A stretch of DNA of 64,000 nt, from contig NC_058368.1 of assembly GCF_018350175.1 (NCBI RefSeq), forward strand, positions 203,548,001 through 203,612,000. The letters are read 5' to 3'. Below are positions 23,824-38,421 of the stretch, in pieces; position 1 is the first letter of the stretch, and each line of letters starts with the position of its first letter. The notes under the pieces are model-generated. The model did no database searches. It had not been told where the DNA came from and was given only the letters and a program-made list of their open reading frames with translations. The position numbers and the translations under genes were made by a program. Source of the stretch: Felis catus. Lineage: Eukaryota.

Positions 23824-24194
23824 ATGTATTCTTAAATTCATCCTTATTTTACCTTAAACACAATAAACATTCAGTAATACTCCTATAATCTCTTAGATTA
23901 ACTACATAGAAAATCCTTGTTTTCCTGTGTTGATCATTGACAATGTTTGGAAGCAGTCAAGTTTTCATTAACATATGGGTTCCTCATGTCCTATTGATTG
24001 TTTGTTTTATCATTTTGGATATCAGCAGAATCCACTGAATAATCAGGGAAAGCTTTATTTAAAAAACAATATAATAAGGATTTTATTAGGCAACATTCAA
24101 TGATGGATGCAAACTGGGCGAACAGTCTTAACTACTGATACCTAGCTCCACAGTTTGAGATACTGTTTCAGTTCTGTTTTTAGGATGGGATAAA

Positions 24195-24410
24195 ATAATA
24201 ACAGCCATTAAATGCTTCATTAGTCCTAAATACTTCACACGTGTACTCATTTCAACTTCAAACAACCCTAAGGTGTGGATACTAGTATCATCCCAATTAC
24301 AGACGGCAAAATCTAAAGCTTCTAGGAGACGGAGTAATTTCACTAAGTTACCAAGAGGAGGAGGTGGGACTGGAACCCACGTAGAGAGGCTCCAGTGTAC
24401 ATGCACTTTA
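24195..24410 (-). mobile_element. MIR
   Basis: AATAACAGCCATT...ACAACCCTAAGGTG...ATCCCAATTACAGACGGCAAAATCTAAAGCT...GGGACTGGAACCCA. Confidence 0.7.
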
Positions 24411-26844
24411 TCAGTATGAAATTGTGCCCTTCAATACGTTACAACATACAACAAGTCTAACCTAAAATCCTTTAGTCAAGCAGAGGCAGACTGGGCAGTA
24501 TGGTGCATCAGCAAATTACATTTTATAGCGGGGGGAGCTCTAGGCAGTATTCTATGCTTTCCTGACTTAACTTTGCCTACTCAAGACCAAAGAAGATCTC
24601 TTCTTGCTATCTATAAGTTTGTACCTGCAGCTCCAAAAGGTTGGCTCCTGATCACTTTTGTCTTGATATGATGACTAAAAAAAGAAACAGGTCAAAAAAA
24701 AATATATGTACTTTTTCTTTTCCAGTAGTAAACATTTTAAAGAATGATAAACTGGAAATGTTTTAAAAATAAAGTTTTATAGTATGAATTTATTTTTCTA
24801 TAATTCTTTCAGCTTGAAATTCTTTAGGTCATTTACTTAATATCAAAGATAATACTTTTGACCTAATCACATATGAGGAGAAAATATTTTGTTTTCTTGC
24901 AGTTTGGGAAATATTTGTCTTGAAGCCAAACTACCCAAAGATATATTCTTTTACTAAGAAAGCAAAATTTTAAGAGTTTACTTTTCCCTTTTATTTAATA
25001 TCCCCATAGTTCCCAAGTTCAAGACCTGAAGTATTCTCTTTATTAAAGAAAGTCATTCAGATTAACCCCTACATCTACATGTAGCCATTTCTAAATTCAT
25101 AGAACTTAAAAATGATCCAAATATTGAATCAAATAAAAGACTTATTCCCCTATCTTAGCAAATGTCTTTCCTAATGAATTTTAACCAAACTAACCTAACT
25201 CAGCTTTTGGTATACCTATGCTAATGGTAGATTTGCTCTCTGCTTTTGAAGGTGAATTGATATTCACAAATCATAGGTCACAAGCCACTAAAAGTGTCAG
25301 AATCCCACAGCAGGCCCTTGGTGGCTTGTTAATCTCTCCTGTTTAAAGGAAACAGACTAATTCACTTAAATATAATGAAAGCCATGCCTGCTCCAGCCTA
25401 GTCCTTCAGAGTGTCAGCCCATGCAAAGTCCTGCCTTCTTTCTTCACCTCTTTCCTTCCTGGCTCTGACAATTAAACATGAAACGAAGACGCAATGATTT
25501 CCTTAATGTTACCATGTCTGAGTTATTTCAGATGTCACATATGCACAAAATATTGAATGCTTTTTTTTTTGCACTGAAAATACATACAAGAACGTATTCC
25601 TGCCCACCTTTCACCATTGTTCTCAACAAAGCATAAAAGATAAACCAGGATGCTAAATGGAGGGACCAGATGTATATATAACCTTTTGCCCTCATTATTC
25701 TAGTTGGCTTCCATTAGGGAAGACAAATAAAATAATACACAATAGGAAATAATTGATACAGAGGTGTGAGAATGAACTTTTATAGTGGATTGGCTAAAAT
25801 CTGAAAATATGATCAGAAAGATGGAAGAGCGGTTTTCAAAAGTGCCAAATAATAAGTGATTGGTATAATATTTATAGAAGGGAAAGAAAGAATTTATCTT
25901 TATTCTACACACATAGAAACTGTCCAACTGTGGTCAGTCATGTCCAAGCTACACTATTTTTACCATTTCTAGTTTTTACATTTTTTAATACTTTGAAAGA
26001 AGAGCCAGATGTTCTGTGATTCTTTTTACCCAAAGACACACAACCCACACTCTTTTGGCTAATTTTGACCGTAGTTCGCTACCCCCTAAAAGAGTGCATT
26101 ACCCTCTTTTAATAGCATTATTTATTTATGGTTGTCCATGCTGTAATGAACTGCGACATATGGTAAGATGAGATTTTTCTATCAAGTACCTTAGTGACAA
26201 AGGAAGGGACCTAGGACTGGGATGAAAGCAGATCTTTACTTTTAACATATGTCTTAATCAAGCTTAAAGTACTAAGAGTGAAAATCTGGAGTTAGGACAC
26301 TGAAAGAGAAAAACAATTTTCATTGCAAGCATACTGTACATGTTAGTCATGGCTCAGTGGAGTAGAAACTTTATGGAGCAAGAAGGGGGAGGTGCAAGAA
26401 GAAGGTTTTGAATTTCCTTCCAAGTGTATTTTTAAAAAAGCATTACGGAATCAGGATTTATGAAAAAAGGAAGATAATAACTCAAAGAAAGCTTTTTCTT
26501 TGGCAAATTCTGAGAACTGGATTGACCACCAGTAAAGGGGCATGAAGAGACCAAACGAAGATAATTAATTGAAGAACTCCCAAACGTGGCAATGTCTGGA
26601 ATCCTACACACAACCTGCCAGAGCCTGCCGACAGCTAATCTTGGGGGATAGAGTCTGAGTGGAAGTTGTAGGAGTGGAAGGAGCTTTCAGAGGTCATTTA
26701 GATCACCTCCTCTCTCTCCACAAACCACACTCTTCTCATTTTAGCCAGCTCACACCCACACAGATATTTAAAAATCATCATAATTGGAGAATCTACAGTA
26801 TTCATTAATGCCCAATTCTAGTTTTGAATATACTATCTGGAGAT

Positions 26845-26963
26845 TATATATATATAATATATATATGTGTATTATATATAATATATATATAATATATATA
26901 TGTGTATTATATAATATATATTATATATATGTGTATTATATATAATATATTATTTATATATAT
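26845..26963. repeat. Compound (TA)n microsatellite with ~30-bp higher-order units
   Basis: TATATATGTGTATTATATA recurs three times. Confidence 0.9.
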
Positions 26964-27106
26964 ATTAGTGTATTCTTAAGTATTTTATTGGTTTTGATGC
27001 TATTATTAATGAGTTTGTACTCTTTATTTCTTCTTCAGACGGTTGGTGGGTAGTGTGTAGAAATATGGCTGATTCTGTATGTTGATTTTGTATCCTCCAA
27101 CTTTGT
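26964..27106 (-). mobile_element. L1 ORF2 fragment
   Basis: GTATTTTATT...GATGCTATT...TAGTGTGTAGAAAT...GTTGATTTTGTATCCTCCAACTTTG, antisense L1 ORF2 pattern. Confidence 0.75.
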
Positions 27107-27404
27107 ATTTCCCACATGAAGAGCATCTACAGAGATTATACTGCCATATTTCTACCTTGACTTCCTTAAAGCAAAAGGACTCTTATACTCGTTGAACATT
27201 TGGATATTTATTTGGTTTACAGGATACTTTCACATACGTGAGCTTATTTGATTTTCACAACAGCTCTTTCAATTAGGCAGGGTAGGTGGTAATATCTTCA
27301 TTATATATATGAAAACACTAATCATATTGCACTTAACCTAGAATTCTCTTCCTCTGATTTCTAATTAATAATCTTTCTGCTGCACTATTCTGTTTCTCCT
27401 AGAT

Positions 27405-27595
27405 CAGGCTTTCTCAGCCACAGCACATTTGATACTTTGGATCAAATAATGCTTTGTTGTGGGAGGCTGTCCTGTGCATTGCAGGGTGTTTAGCAGTGTC
27501 CATGGTCTCTATCCACTAGATGCCAGTAATATTCCCGTCCCAATTGTGTCAACAAAAAATTGTCATTGTCACAGGCCATGGGTTGAGAGGCTGCC
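27405..27595 (-). mobile_element. MER20 hAT DNA transposon
   Basis: CAGGCTTTCTCAGCC...TTTGTTGTGGGAGGCTGTCCTGTGCATTGCAGGGTGTTTAGCAG...CCACTAGATGCCAGTA...GGTTGAGA matches recalled MER20 reverse complement. Confidence 0.85.
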
Positions 27596-28354
27596 AAGCA
27601 GATCATATCTGGAGAATAACGGTATTCAATTTCTATTAGTTATCCTGAAATTCCTTAAATGTAAGATGTGTATTCTTCCTATTAATATACATAGAATTGT
27701 TGAGTCGTCACCTTTTTGATAACAAGGGTGTCTATTCACTCACAGAGGATATAAATTACTACCTTCCTGTAATTCTTCTAAGGCCTTTAGTTTCCCATCA
27801 TAAGGTAATTTTCCATCTTTCCTTTAGAAAGAGTCCAGTAAGAAATGTTCTTTTTTTCTTTTTCTCTTAGAAGTTTAAATGGCAAAAGAAGAAAATGTAC
27901 CTTGGATAAGTTTGGAAATCTCTTAGCCACCTAGACCTTGGTCTATAGCCAAGATCTGAGCCCTGAAGTCTTATTTTTTATAGTATACTCTGAAGCTGAG
28001 AGCTACTGAAATATATAGTAAATTTTACAATGCCATTCAAATATGAAGAAATCATGTTTACTACCAATTAATTTGTTACTTCATTACCATGTGATCCAGG
28101 GCTATCTATCTTACTTGTATATTCAGGGGTACATGAAAGACTTGGAGAGACAAATTACAAAGGAAAAATTTATCTGGAGAAACCAAGAAAATAACTAATG
28201 AGAACAAAAAAAATGATTGAGATTTCCTAGAGATCAAAAGTATATGCAAAATTATGAGTGACTGCAAGTAGATATGTAAATAACCACTTTCTAATTTAAT
28301 AAATTTCCTTATGACATAGAACATATACCAACTTGCCAAAAATTACTTTCTACA

Positions 28355-28533
28355 GGGGTGCATGGATGGCTCAGTCAGTTGAGTTCTGACTCTTTATTTC
28401 AGCTCAGGTCATGATCCCAGGGTTATGTGATCAAGCCCTGTGCCGGGCTCCATGTTGGGCATGGAGCCTACTGAAGATTCTCTCTTTTTCTCCCTCTGTC
28501 CCTCTCCACCACTCGTGCTTTCTCTCTAAAATA
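28355..28533 (+). mobile_element. Can-SINE, older subfamily
   Basis: TSD AAAAATTACTTTCT(A/G)CA at 28338-28354 and 28534-28550. Confidence 0.92.
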
Positions 28534-29231
28534 AAAAATTACTTTCTGCATATTATAAAGAGGGTCTCATTAATTAGTGAAGGAAGATATTGTCAGTGAC
28601 CTTACTGGAAAGTCACATTTAAACTAGACAAATCCTTCACACTCTCTTTTCACTTTTCAACAAACATATCTTCTTCGGTGCTTCTTGGGTGTCTAAGATA
28701 ATTTGTGTCAAACCCCATATTCTGAAATTTGCTTGGTCCAAATTCTCACAGAAATTTACAGTAGTCAAGTTTTACTTGAAATGTCTTTAAACCTTACAAT
28801 CTACATACTTTTAAATCGTTATTGATTCTGAGAATATCTAATGACTAAATCTTGCTGGTTCCCTAAGGAATAATTTTATTTCCTTAAGAAAGGTTAAATA
28901 TTTACTTCACCACGACTATTTAAGTTTCCTGTTAACATTCACAATTGCCTGTTAAAGGAGAATATGTTGAACTGAGATTCAAGAGTTATTCCAATGCAAG
29001 CTTTTACTTAAAGAGCCGAAAACTGAAAAGCCGAAAAGCTGAAAACTATATTAATTATGCATTAAATGACGGGCATTTAGAGATATGAAGTGAAACAAAT
29101 GACTTCATTAACATGCTAATTTTAGGTAAATTATATTCATCTCTTGCTTTTACCAAAACTGAACTCCAGGAAAATTGATACTGTTGTGAAACACTGGACA
29201 AGTTACAGAGCAAACATATTCAGGAGTATAT

Positions 29232-29360
29232 TCACTATTCAACAAATACTGAGTGCCTACTGCATTCTAGACCCTGTGAAATATTTGGGGGATAACAAAA
29301 TTAGTCGTTGCTGTTTCCCACATGGAGCTCACAGTCTGGAACTAGAAACAGACAGACACA

Positions 29361-29402
<42 letters not shown>

Positions 29403-29640
29403 TATATAGTACATGAAGTGCAAAAGAACAGGGCAGTGGAGGCACAAGAAAAGAGATGACTTAAACCTGCCTCAGTCTGAGTGTGAGTGTTTTGGGCAGG
29501 AACATGCAGAGATAAGTGATGGCAATTCAAGCTTCTCTAGGAAAGAATCTCTTCAGCAGAGAAGACAGGATATATGGAATATCTCCAAGAGGTCAGGGAC
29601 ATTGTGAATGGAAGGAGAGTAGCACATATAAGGCAAAGAG
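29232..29640 (-). mobile_element. L2 3' fragment containing a (CA)n microsatellite (29362-29400)
   Basis: ATTCAACAAATACTGAGTGCCTACTG...CATGGAGCTCACAGTCTGG. Confidence 0.7.
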
Positions 29641-32600
29641 GAATACACTGCAGATTTATTCTCTAGCACATAGCATTCATTTTTACTCTAGGATATCTCT
29701 ACGTGGGATGGAGAAAATGACAAAATGGATATAGGACCAGCTGCTGTGAGTGTTAGTGTTGTCAAATATGAGGAAATGTAAGAATAGCTGGTTATGCTGT
29801 ATGCCGGCTTATAGGAGCTTTACATATGTGCTGGTTAATTCTATCAAAAATAGTATGGAACAGATGGAGTGGGTTTTTTTTCCATTTTTCAGAAGAATTA
29901 AAGGATAATTTGTCACAGTTGATGAGGACAGTGAATAGCAAAGCCCTGATGCCAAGTTAGGTCTGCTTGGATCTAATCCTTATAGAATACTCTTCCTCTT
30001 CTGTGTGTGTTATCTGGCTCAGTAAGATTTTTTTTAGAGAGTACAGTCTCCTCCTTTGAGAAATGGAAGCAGAAGGCATAAAGGCACAGGATTTATTTGG
30101 ACAAAATAAACATAGATCACCTTTCTGGTAAAGGGAGCAACTGAGAGAATGGTAGGAGGTAGTTTTGTGTGTGTGTGTGTAGTTGAGAGGAAGACTTTTT
30201 GCAAATGCAGATGTAAGTGAGTAAAAAATGGCATCTAGGTGCTCAGGAAATGGAAACTACGAAACTGCTGAGCAGACAAATTGAAATCAGTGAAAATTTT
30301 CAAGTAAACTCACAGAAAATATCCAATGTAGATTTATTAAGTGCAACATAGTAATGAGTTTGTGAGGCACAAAGAATCTGTAGAAGCCCGATATTTCTAA
30401 GTTTTGCCAGACTATGCAAGACAGACTTCTCTCTCCTCCCTGGCTCGGCTCCTAAACAGAGCTATTATCTGGAGAGATAATTCCAGATGCTCTGACCCCT
30501 TCCAAATTCTTATTTGATGATCAGTCATCTGGAGTGGAACTCTTACTCTCCAATGGGTTTTCAGAGTAATGCACCAAGCTTTGCTCTCCTAATTAACACT
30601 ATGGGTCATCTCCATGCACCCAGTAGTTCTTGGAGACTGTCAGAATTCTCAAATCTATGACACTGCCCCTGGGAAGGAGAGGGATGGGTGGACCCCTTGA
30701 GTGGCCTTCAAATGCCTCTGCATTAAAATAGAAGTCTCTCATGAGTGTCTGAAAAATCTCAGCTGTTATTTCTCCAGCTTAAAAAATTTTTGAACTCAGA
30801 AAGCAATAAACTACAAACTAAGAAGGCCCAGAGAGCTTCTGTGGGACGGCAGAAGCCGTTTTTAGCTGAACTAGCAAACTCTGATTGTCATCATTCAAGA
30901 TTTCAACACTGGAGAATAATCTTAACACAGTTGCTCTGCCAGGCAACTCTTTCCATTTACAAATTTGTATTATTGCTTGTAAGTACAATACCTTTTAATA
31001 CAAAAACTTCAGGGCACTTTGGTTTGTATTCTATACTGGGTCAATGAGAAAACTAAGAGGACGGTCATTCAGAAAAAGAAGTTTCAGTTTGGAAAATTAG
31101 CAATTCACCCATGTTTTCATCAGCATCTGACCTCTTTAGAAGATCCAAGTCTTGAAATATCATTTAGACAGAATATTTTCTAGACAAAGTCACCCCCTTA
31201 CTATTCTTTGGCAATCAGTCAACTGGTAATGGGGTTGCTACAGGTGTCTTGCTACTTTTAGTGGTAGCGAAAATGGTTATCATCATGTGCTGCAAACACC
31301 GAGTTCCTGCAGGCATAACACAAAGTGACATAAGATTCCAGCCCCCAAGCTTAAGAGTCTTACAATCCAATTCAGGAAACAAGGTTGGTAGTATAATTAT
31401 AAGAACATACACAATTTCCTAATTATTGAACACAAATAGAATGGTATGTAAAGTCAATACAAAGGCAGGCATGAAGAAGCCGTGCATCCTTGAAAGATGC
31501 TCTTTAAAGGAAGAATGCGATCGAGAAAAGTGGCTGAGATGGCAAGGAACTCAAGGTGGTGGCCGTGGCTTATATTGGAACTATGGTTTGTATGCTCAGG
31601 GATCTAGGACCGGATGCTTTTGGCAGAATCAACGGCTGCCATAGGGCAGAGAATGTGAGATGTTCGTAGGAAAAGCTACACTGGCATATCAAAAGCTGTC
31701 AGAATATCTTAAATGTCAGAAGGAAAGTCCAATAGTACATTAAATGTCTTACCATTCAAAACTACTTTTATTAATACGGTATATTTTAAACAATGAAGTC
31801 TGTTTCAATTAAAGACGAGTCTTATGTGGTTAAGATAACGTCATTTTATAGTGGAGTAATGAATTGTTAACATTTGGGCTCCAAAATCCTCCAAATGTGT
31901 CTTGGCAAATGTCATCCTGTGAAATCACAATATGTCATTATGAGCCAATGTGTTGAATGAACACTGGTCAATACAAAGCCTTTTTGTGGTTTCTAGGACT
32001 GTGAGGATTTGGGATGATTTCAAGACTAACTCGAAGAGTTAATAAAAGGATACAGGTATCACAAAAAGATAATTCATTCCAGGGAGGTAGCATTTTCTAA
32101 ACAATCACAGAGCTAAATATAGATCCCATTGTTCAAGTTGGAATTAGGTTTTCCAGTCCAGTCCAAACTAGCCTACCATTACCTAGCTAGCACAAGCTAC
32201 CTTGGGAAGTAAGGGACAAAGTAAAATCAACCATTAAAGAATATTTGCCATATGCAAATGATTTACATGTGCCGTTGTATAGGTCCTTACTGAAATGTCC
32301 AATGTACAACACTCTCCTGATGCAGTCTGCACGACTGGCCCAAAGAAGGTGTGTCTAATCCAGACTTCTCCCTTCCCCAGTAAAGTGGAAGGTTTTGTAA
32401 TTTCCCTGGAAAACTGCACAGTGACAAATGCTAAGTACAATAATTAAGGATTATTTTCTCTAGGATACCCAGAATGTCATATATCAGTGTCTTTGAATAC
32501 GCATCTGATTTTTGCCATAGATACATCCAATGTGTGTCAATATAATTCTTTCCTTAAAAATTCCATTATGTAAAAATGTGAAAGTTCAGAGCTTATCCAA

Positions 32601-34174
32601 CAACAGAAGGAAAACCCTGAGGACTTCACTAGCACAAAACTAAATATAAGCACTCTGCAATGTACTATGGATGATTCAAAAGAACTACAAGATGGTACCT
32701 GCCTTTATAAGACTTTGAATCTTGTTAGGGGACTCTCACTGGGATATAAGACTACACATAGTCAACTGCTGAAAGGCTTGAGCCTTTGCGCATAGTGAGG
32801 TTTGGAGGCTTGTTGGGCCTGTGTATGCTGCATCACACAGAGAGAAAATGTACCATAAAAACAGAGTCTTTCTTAGACCATATCATTCTGAATATTTGGG
32901 GAAGCTAATCCTATTAATTATATAATTTCCATTTTTTCTTGGCTTTTGAAATAGATATATCAATTTAAGGTACAATGTACTAGCTTTTAGTGTTCTTATG
33001 GGTTGAGCATGTACCATTAAAACTGATGTGTGGAGATAATATGGACCACATGGTTTCTTACTGTCTATATGTCTGGCTTTAATCACAGATTCTTCATGAA
33101 ATGTTGCAATCCTGGGGTGAGCTAGCTGTGAGATTCTTCTGGGGTACAGGCTGAGCTGTGGATTATAGGTGAAACTGCATTACGAGGCTACTGAGGTTAA
33201 TTATGTCTGAAAGTTTCCAGCACAATCCACATCAGTTGACAGTCTGTGCGCACTACATAAACAATCTGGAGGGAGTCCTTTATTAGCAGAGCAAGAAAGC
33301 AGCTAGCTGTCTGTGTTCTATAATGTCCTCTTGGTTTTTAGAGACTTTGACTCAAATAGCCCTCTGTTTGCTTAATGTATGTTTATTCAAATCCATATTT
33401 ATTCAGTCAAATAACAAGAGCCAAGAGGATCAAAATATTGAATATAAATTCTCAGTGTCAAAGAATAGTTCTTAATATAAGATCATGTGCTCCAGGACAG
33501 CAGTCCGGTGCACCACAGAGAAAGCATCCCAGTGTTCACCCAGAACTCCACAGTCCGTGGTGCAGTGCTGGGAGCCTCCCTAACCTGCAGAAGTTTGATG
33601 AAGAAGTTAGCCAACAAGCATTTGTTAAAGGTCTCCTACCCTGAGGATGTTGTGTCTTATCTGTTGGATTTTCTGCCATGTAGAAGTCTCCCAATTCTCA
33701 ATGAATCACAATCCTTTGTGATACTCTTTCAGTTGTTAAACAATAACAACAACAACAAAAAGGTGCGGGGAGCGGGTAGAAGAACGCTGAGGGCCCAATA
33801 GTCTAGGCTGGCCTGGGAATGCTTTTGTTCTCCATCAAGTCTCCCGACTTCGACATCACTCAGCCTCTGGAGTACACCAGAGCCACGTTTCCTCATATGG
33901 GCTCTGCTTCGTCATCTTATCATCTGGTGGGTCTCACACATTCTGGAGGAGACAGAGGGAAATGGAGAATTCCTACAGGTCTTCTGAATTACCTCTGTAG
34001 ATGAAAAGGGCAGGAAGCTTGAGGGTCCTGAAGATCTTGTAAGTAAAAAGGTACTGTGCTCACAAAGAGAAACCTATATTCACTAATATGTTGACAAAGT
34101 AGGAGAATTTTGCCCCAAATTGGCATCTTTGTCATTATAGTGCTTAAGCACCTTGCAGAGAGAGGAACAGGAGC

Positions 34175-34365
34175 CCAATGGCTAAGATCAAGGACACAGG
34201 ATCCATGTTGTTTGAATCCTGGCTTCACCACTTAACATATGACCTCAGGCAAGTTACCTAAGGTTCAGGTGCCTGTTATCTCTCAGTAAACTAGGATACT
34301 AACAGCATCTCACTCATAGGACTATTCGATGGTTAAATGACTTGATACGTGGTAAGCGTTCAAAT
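34175..34365 (+). mobile_element. MIR
   Basis: TTTGAATCCTGGCTTCACCACTT...TGACCTCAGGCAAGTTAC...CATCTCACTCATAGG...GGTTAAATGA. Confidence 0.75.
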
Positions 34366-34766
34366 TTCAACTGGAAATTATCGATTCCATCCATTTCTCT
34401 GATACCATTTTCTTCGTTAGCCATTTGTATATAGACAAAATTTTATATCTGTAAACTAATGGGAAAATAAACACATGCACATTACAAGATACCTAAATTT
34501 TGTATCCCAGCACCAGTGAACTGTATGACTATGCAATTATCTGATCTTTTTGGGTTCAAGTTTCCTCAGCTGTAACATGAGGAGGTTGAAGTAGATTACT
34601 TCTATGGCTCTCTTCAGGTCTAACGTCTAATTACTCTAACCCTAGAGTTGTTGTTGCCAAGCCAAAATAACTCATCATGTTTCCAAATTGCATTAGAGTA
34701 TTTGTTTCTCACCAAATCTTAGGAAATTACAGGTAGTGTTAGTGATCTAAATGGCATCCCTCACCT

Positions 34767-34770
<4 letters not shown>

Positions 34771-34809
<39 letters not shown>
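34771..34809. repeat. (CA)n microsatellite
   Basis: Direct reading. Confidence 0.95.
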
Positions 34810-34812
<3 letters not shown>

Positions 34813-37800
34813 TTTTTTTTTCTTTGTAACAATCCTTCTAAAAGTTTTGGCAGTTGGAGCAGGAAGAAGTGAAACATTAGATTTTTGAAAGCAAAGTATA
34901 TTGCAGGGAAAGGGTTGTAAGGTCACCCGGTTAGTCTAAAGTGTGTAATTCTTTTCTCTCTCACCTCATTCTTGGTTTTTCAGAGTAGCCGTTGAGTAAT
35001 ATTGTATCAGTTTGATAAGGCTCTCGTGCCCTTCCTAACAACTAAAACCATCCTAGACACCTTTTCAGGGACACTCCCTCCATTAAAGCATCAGAGAACT
35101 TTAGAGCTGCTTTTTAAAAAACAGATAAATTAATGATTTTCTTAAGAAATAGTTCTCATGAGAAGAATCTGAGAAAGAATTGATGGTGCCGTATAAGATC
35201 CTGACACCGAATAAAGACACGGAGCATTTCTGCCTCCTGAAACATGTTCAGGAAATATCCCTGGGACATTGATATTAGAAAAGGAACAGACACAAACTCC
35301 ACTGCATTTGGCTGCCAGTAAAGAGCTCGTTTTGTTTACATTATTACTCTCCAAAGAAGACAAGATGAGATTGTCATTATCCAAATGTTATCCAGTGTTT
35401 TCCAACTCAGTTCCTGAGCTAAAGTAAAGAGATTGCCAAAAATCATGTTTACAACATTGAATGCATTGTGTAATAAAGTGTTAGGTAGATCAGCTAATAA
35501 AATTACTTATTTTAGACTTAAATTGAAGTTGAATTTGGGTCTAATTCTCTTCCCCAAAGGGACAAGAGAGAGCTGATTTTCTGATAAACTGAAACATACC
35601 CAACTTTTTGTTGATAGTAAGGGGTGAGATCCTTTATTGAGATACCACCCATGGGAACCACTCTTTTTCAGTGGGAGAAATTGGCCAATCTTGACTGAAT
35701 TGCTAATGGTCATCTTTCTAATTGATTTTGATTCTCAAATTTGTTAAAACAAAGTTGGCAAAGACTATTCTTTATTGTCCCTGTTGGCTGACCTATAGAC
35801 TCTGAGCTGGAATGGAGTTGGTAAAATTTAGGAATGGAACTGAAATTAAATCCTTAGATCCCCATCATTAATTTCCTAGGGGAGACTGTAACAACTTCAC
35901 CTCCCACCCTTTCCTGACACTGAGAGTTGTATGATCAGCATTCCCTTGTTAAGGCATTAGTGGATCAGGCCTCTTGGGAAAAGCAGTGCTGTGCTTTGAA
36001 TATTTGACCCAAAGTACCACTCAGAATAATTCATCTCAATTTATTCTACTTATAAAATTCAGATTAGGAAAACTGAATCATGATGCTTTAAAATAAATGC
36101 AGCCTGCTCTTAAAGAGCCATGTGGAGTCATACATAAGTAGTCTTCTATACTATGTTGTACTTTTATTATTTTGTGGTTGCTCAAATATTGCAGAAAAAC
36201 ATGGGTCATTGAATTCTCCTTGTTTTCATACCTTTGTATACTAACACTTAATTAGTCATCCTTTGTTTTGAAGCTCATAAATCTGAGATGTTTATTAGTT
36301 CTCTATTTTCTTGGTAAAGAATACCATTATAATGTGGCTTGAAGCAGGATATATCCACACTTGGGAGTCTTCAACAAGCTTTCTGTGCTACTCAAGACTA
36401 TTCATATCAGATCCTTGTAACCTGTTTGCTCTTTCTGTTCAGTCTTTTAACATGTCCACAACAAAGGCATTATCCCATGTACATAGGGAATAAACTTGGA
36501 CTTTTCTATAAATATGCCCATTAGAAGATCATTTGTAATATTAGATTGGGGCCACATATGTTAAGAGTGTTTTGGTGAGAAGCTAAGAGTCCACGAGGCA
36601 ATGACTACACTTCCTGAATCACTTATCTTCTTACCTACCCCATTCTCCCAACATTACATACAAGTGAACTAAATGTTCTTATAAACCCTATTTTCCCTTT
36701 CATGCCATTTGGACCACAGTTCTGCAGTGCACGGACATATAATTGAGAGACTGGGTGGATGCAAAGAGGAGAAAGTCACCGTCTTTTTAAGATCCGGGTT
36801 TATATCAACACTGCCTAGCCAGAGAGAAAGCCTAATGAAGGAAAAGGGCACTAGTATTACAACAGTAGTGAATCATAAAACCTAATAAAACCAAGATCCA
36901 ACCAAAGCCGCATCTGGGAGTAAGGTTTTAAGGAGCAGGCAGGAATGTGCACTAATTATCGGATTGTTAATATGTTACATGTGTTTTGGAGAAGAGATAG
37001 TGTGACTCAGGGCAGGCAGAAGCTGGACCAGTAGCTCTGGGTTTTATCCATCACAGATTTAGTATTAAAACACCAGCTGCGTTATAACTTTCCTAATGGA
37101 ACAAATGCCCATACGTCACCTGGTGTAACAAGTAAACATCCTGCCATTTTTAGAGATGTTGAATATGAAGACTGGGGTCTATTTGGACACCTTCTCAGCA
37201 GGAGAGGAAGTTTAGATATGTATGTTAGGTGATTAAAATTTTGCAAGAACAAAATTTGAGGGCTCTCAAGTTCTTCATAAGCAATTAGATTTAAGAGTAA
37301 AGTGGTTATTTGACTTAAAGCCAGTGTAATTGTCCTTTAATATAGGATAGTTGGAGAGTCAGGGAAGACTTATTTTAACTACTACACACACACATATAAA
37401 TATATGTATATATATACACATATATATAATACAATATGTTACAGATTACATTTATGTGTAATAAACACTTCTAATATAATAAACACTTCTAATTAACCTT
37501 CCTCTTAATCAATATGAGAAATGCCATCAATTACAATACTAAGGCAACATGTCTGCTAGGCAAAACATTTTAGTAACAACTGAGAACATAGACATTTAAC
37601 ATGTCACCCACTCTCTCATTTCTATTTAAGAATTTAACTTGAAAAGGAGATTTAAATGTTACTACAACTGCAATTTCAGAATCTTATATATTCTTTGTTA
37701 AGCAGTTTGCATTCTCCTAAAAAAGGAACCTTTCTAACATTCAAAAGGTAAGGTATATCTAACATACTCTAATTTTCCTAAACTAAGAAAAGAATCCCAG

Positions 37801-37964
37801 AGAGTTATAGCTTCTTATTTACCACCTTACTCTGTGCTTTGCTTTATTACTTAGTTGTATTACTACCAGTAGAAATGACAAAAATACAGGGAAAAATCTT
37901 CAAATTATTTATGAAATAAGTGCATTTGTTACAAATTCATTTCATTTCAGAAATGGAAATACGT

Positions 37965-38157
37965 GGGGCACGTGAGTGGCTCAGTTGATGATCTCACAGT
38001 TCTTGAGTTCGAGCCCCGCGTCGGGCTCTGTTCTGACAGCTCAGAACCTGGAGCCTACTTTGGATTCTGTGTCTCCCTGTCTGCCCCTTCCCTGCTCACA
38101 CTCTATATCTCCCTGTCTCTCAAAAATAAATAAACGTTAAAAATAATTTTTAAAAAA
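37965..38157 (+). mobile_element. Can-SINE with internal deletion in the head
   Basis: TSD AGAAATGGAAATAC(G/A)T at 37949-37964 and 38158-38173. Confidence 0.94.
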
Positions 38158-38421
38158 AGAAATGGAAATACATGAGCTAGCAGGATAAATTAGAAGTACT
38201 CTTTCAAGCATAGCTGCTTTCTAGCAAGGAAAATAAGAGCCTTTTTCTTCATGATAAATGACTTTTCTTTCCCTAATCATGACTTACTTGTAAAGCTAAT
38301 AGGAAGCAATTGTAAAGCCTTCACAAATTTCCTTACTTCCCAGTTTCTTTTGCTGAAGTAAAGTTTTCCAGATATATCCAATTTTACTAACAGAATCTTC
38401 CTATTTAGAAGGTATATAAAA

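Noticed and set aside
35235..35251. CCTGAAACATGTTCAGG as a p53 response element
   Set aside because: Only one decamer half-site (AAACATGTTC); no adjacent second half-site.
37459..37493. Short direct repeats (also 29014-29046 and 48611-48651) as an array or CRISPR-like structure
   Set aside because: Two or three adjacent copies without unique spacers; ordinary slippage duplications in a mammalian intron.
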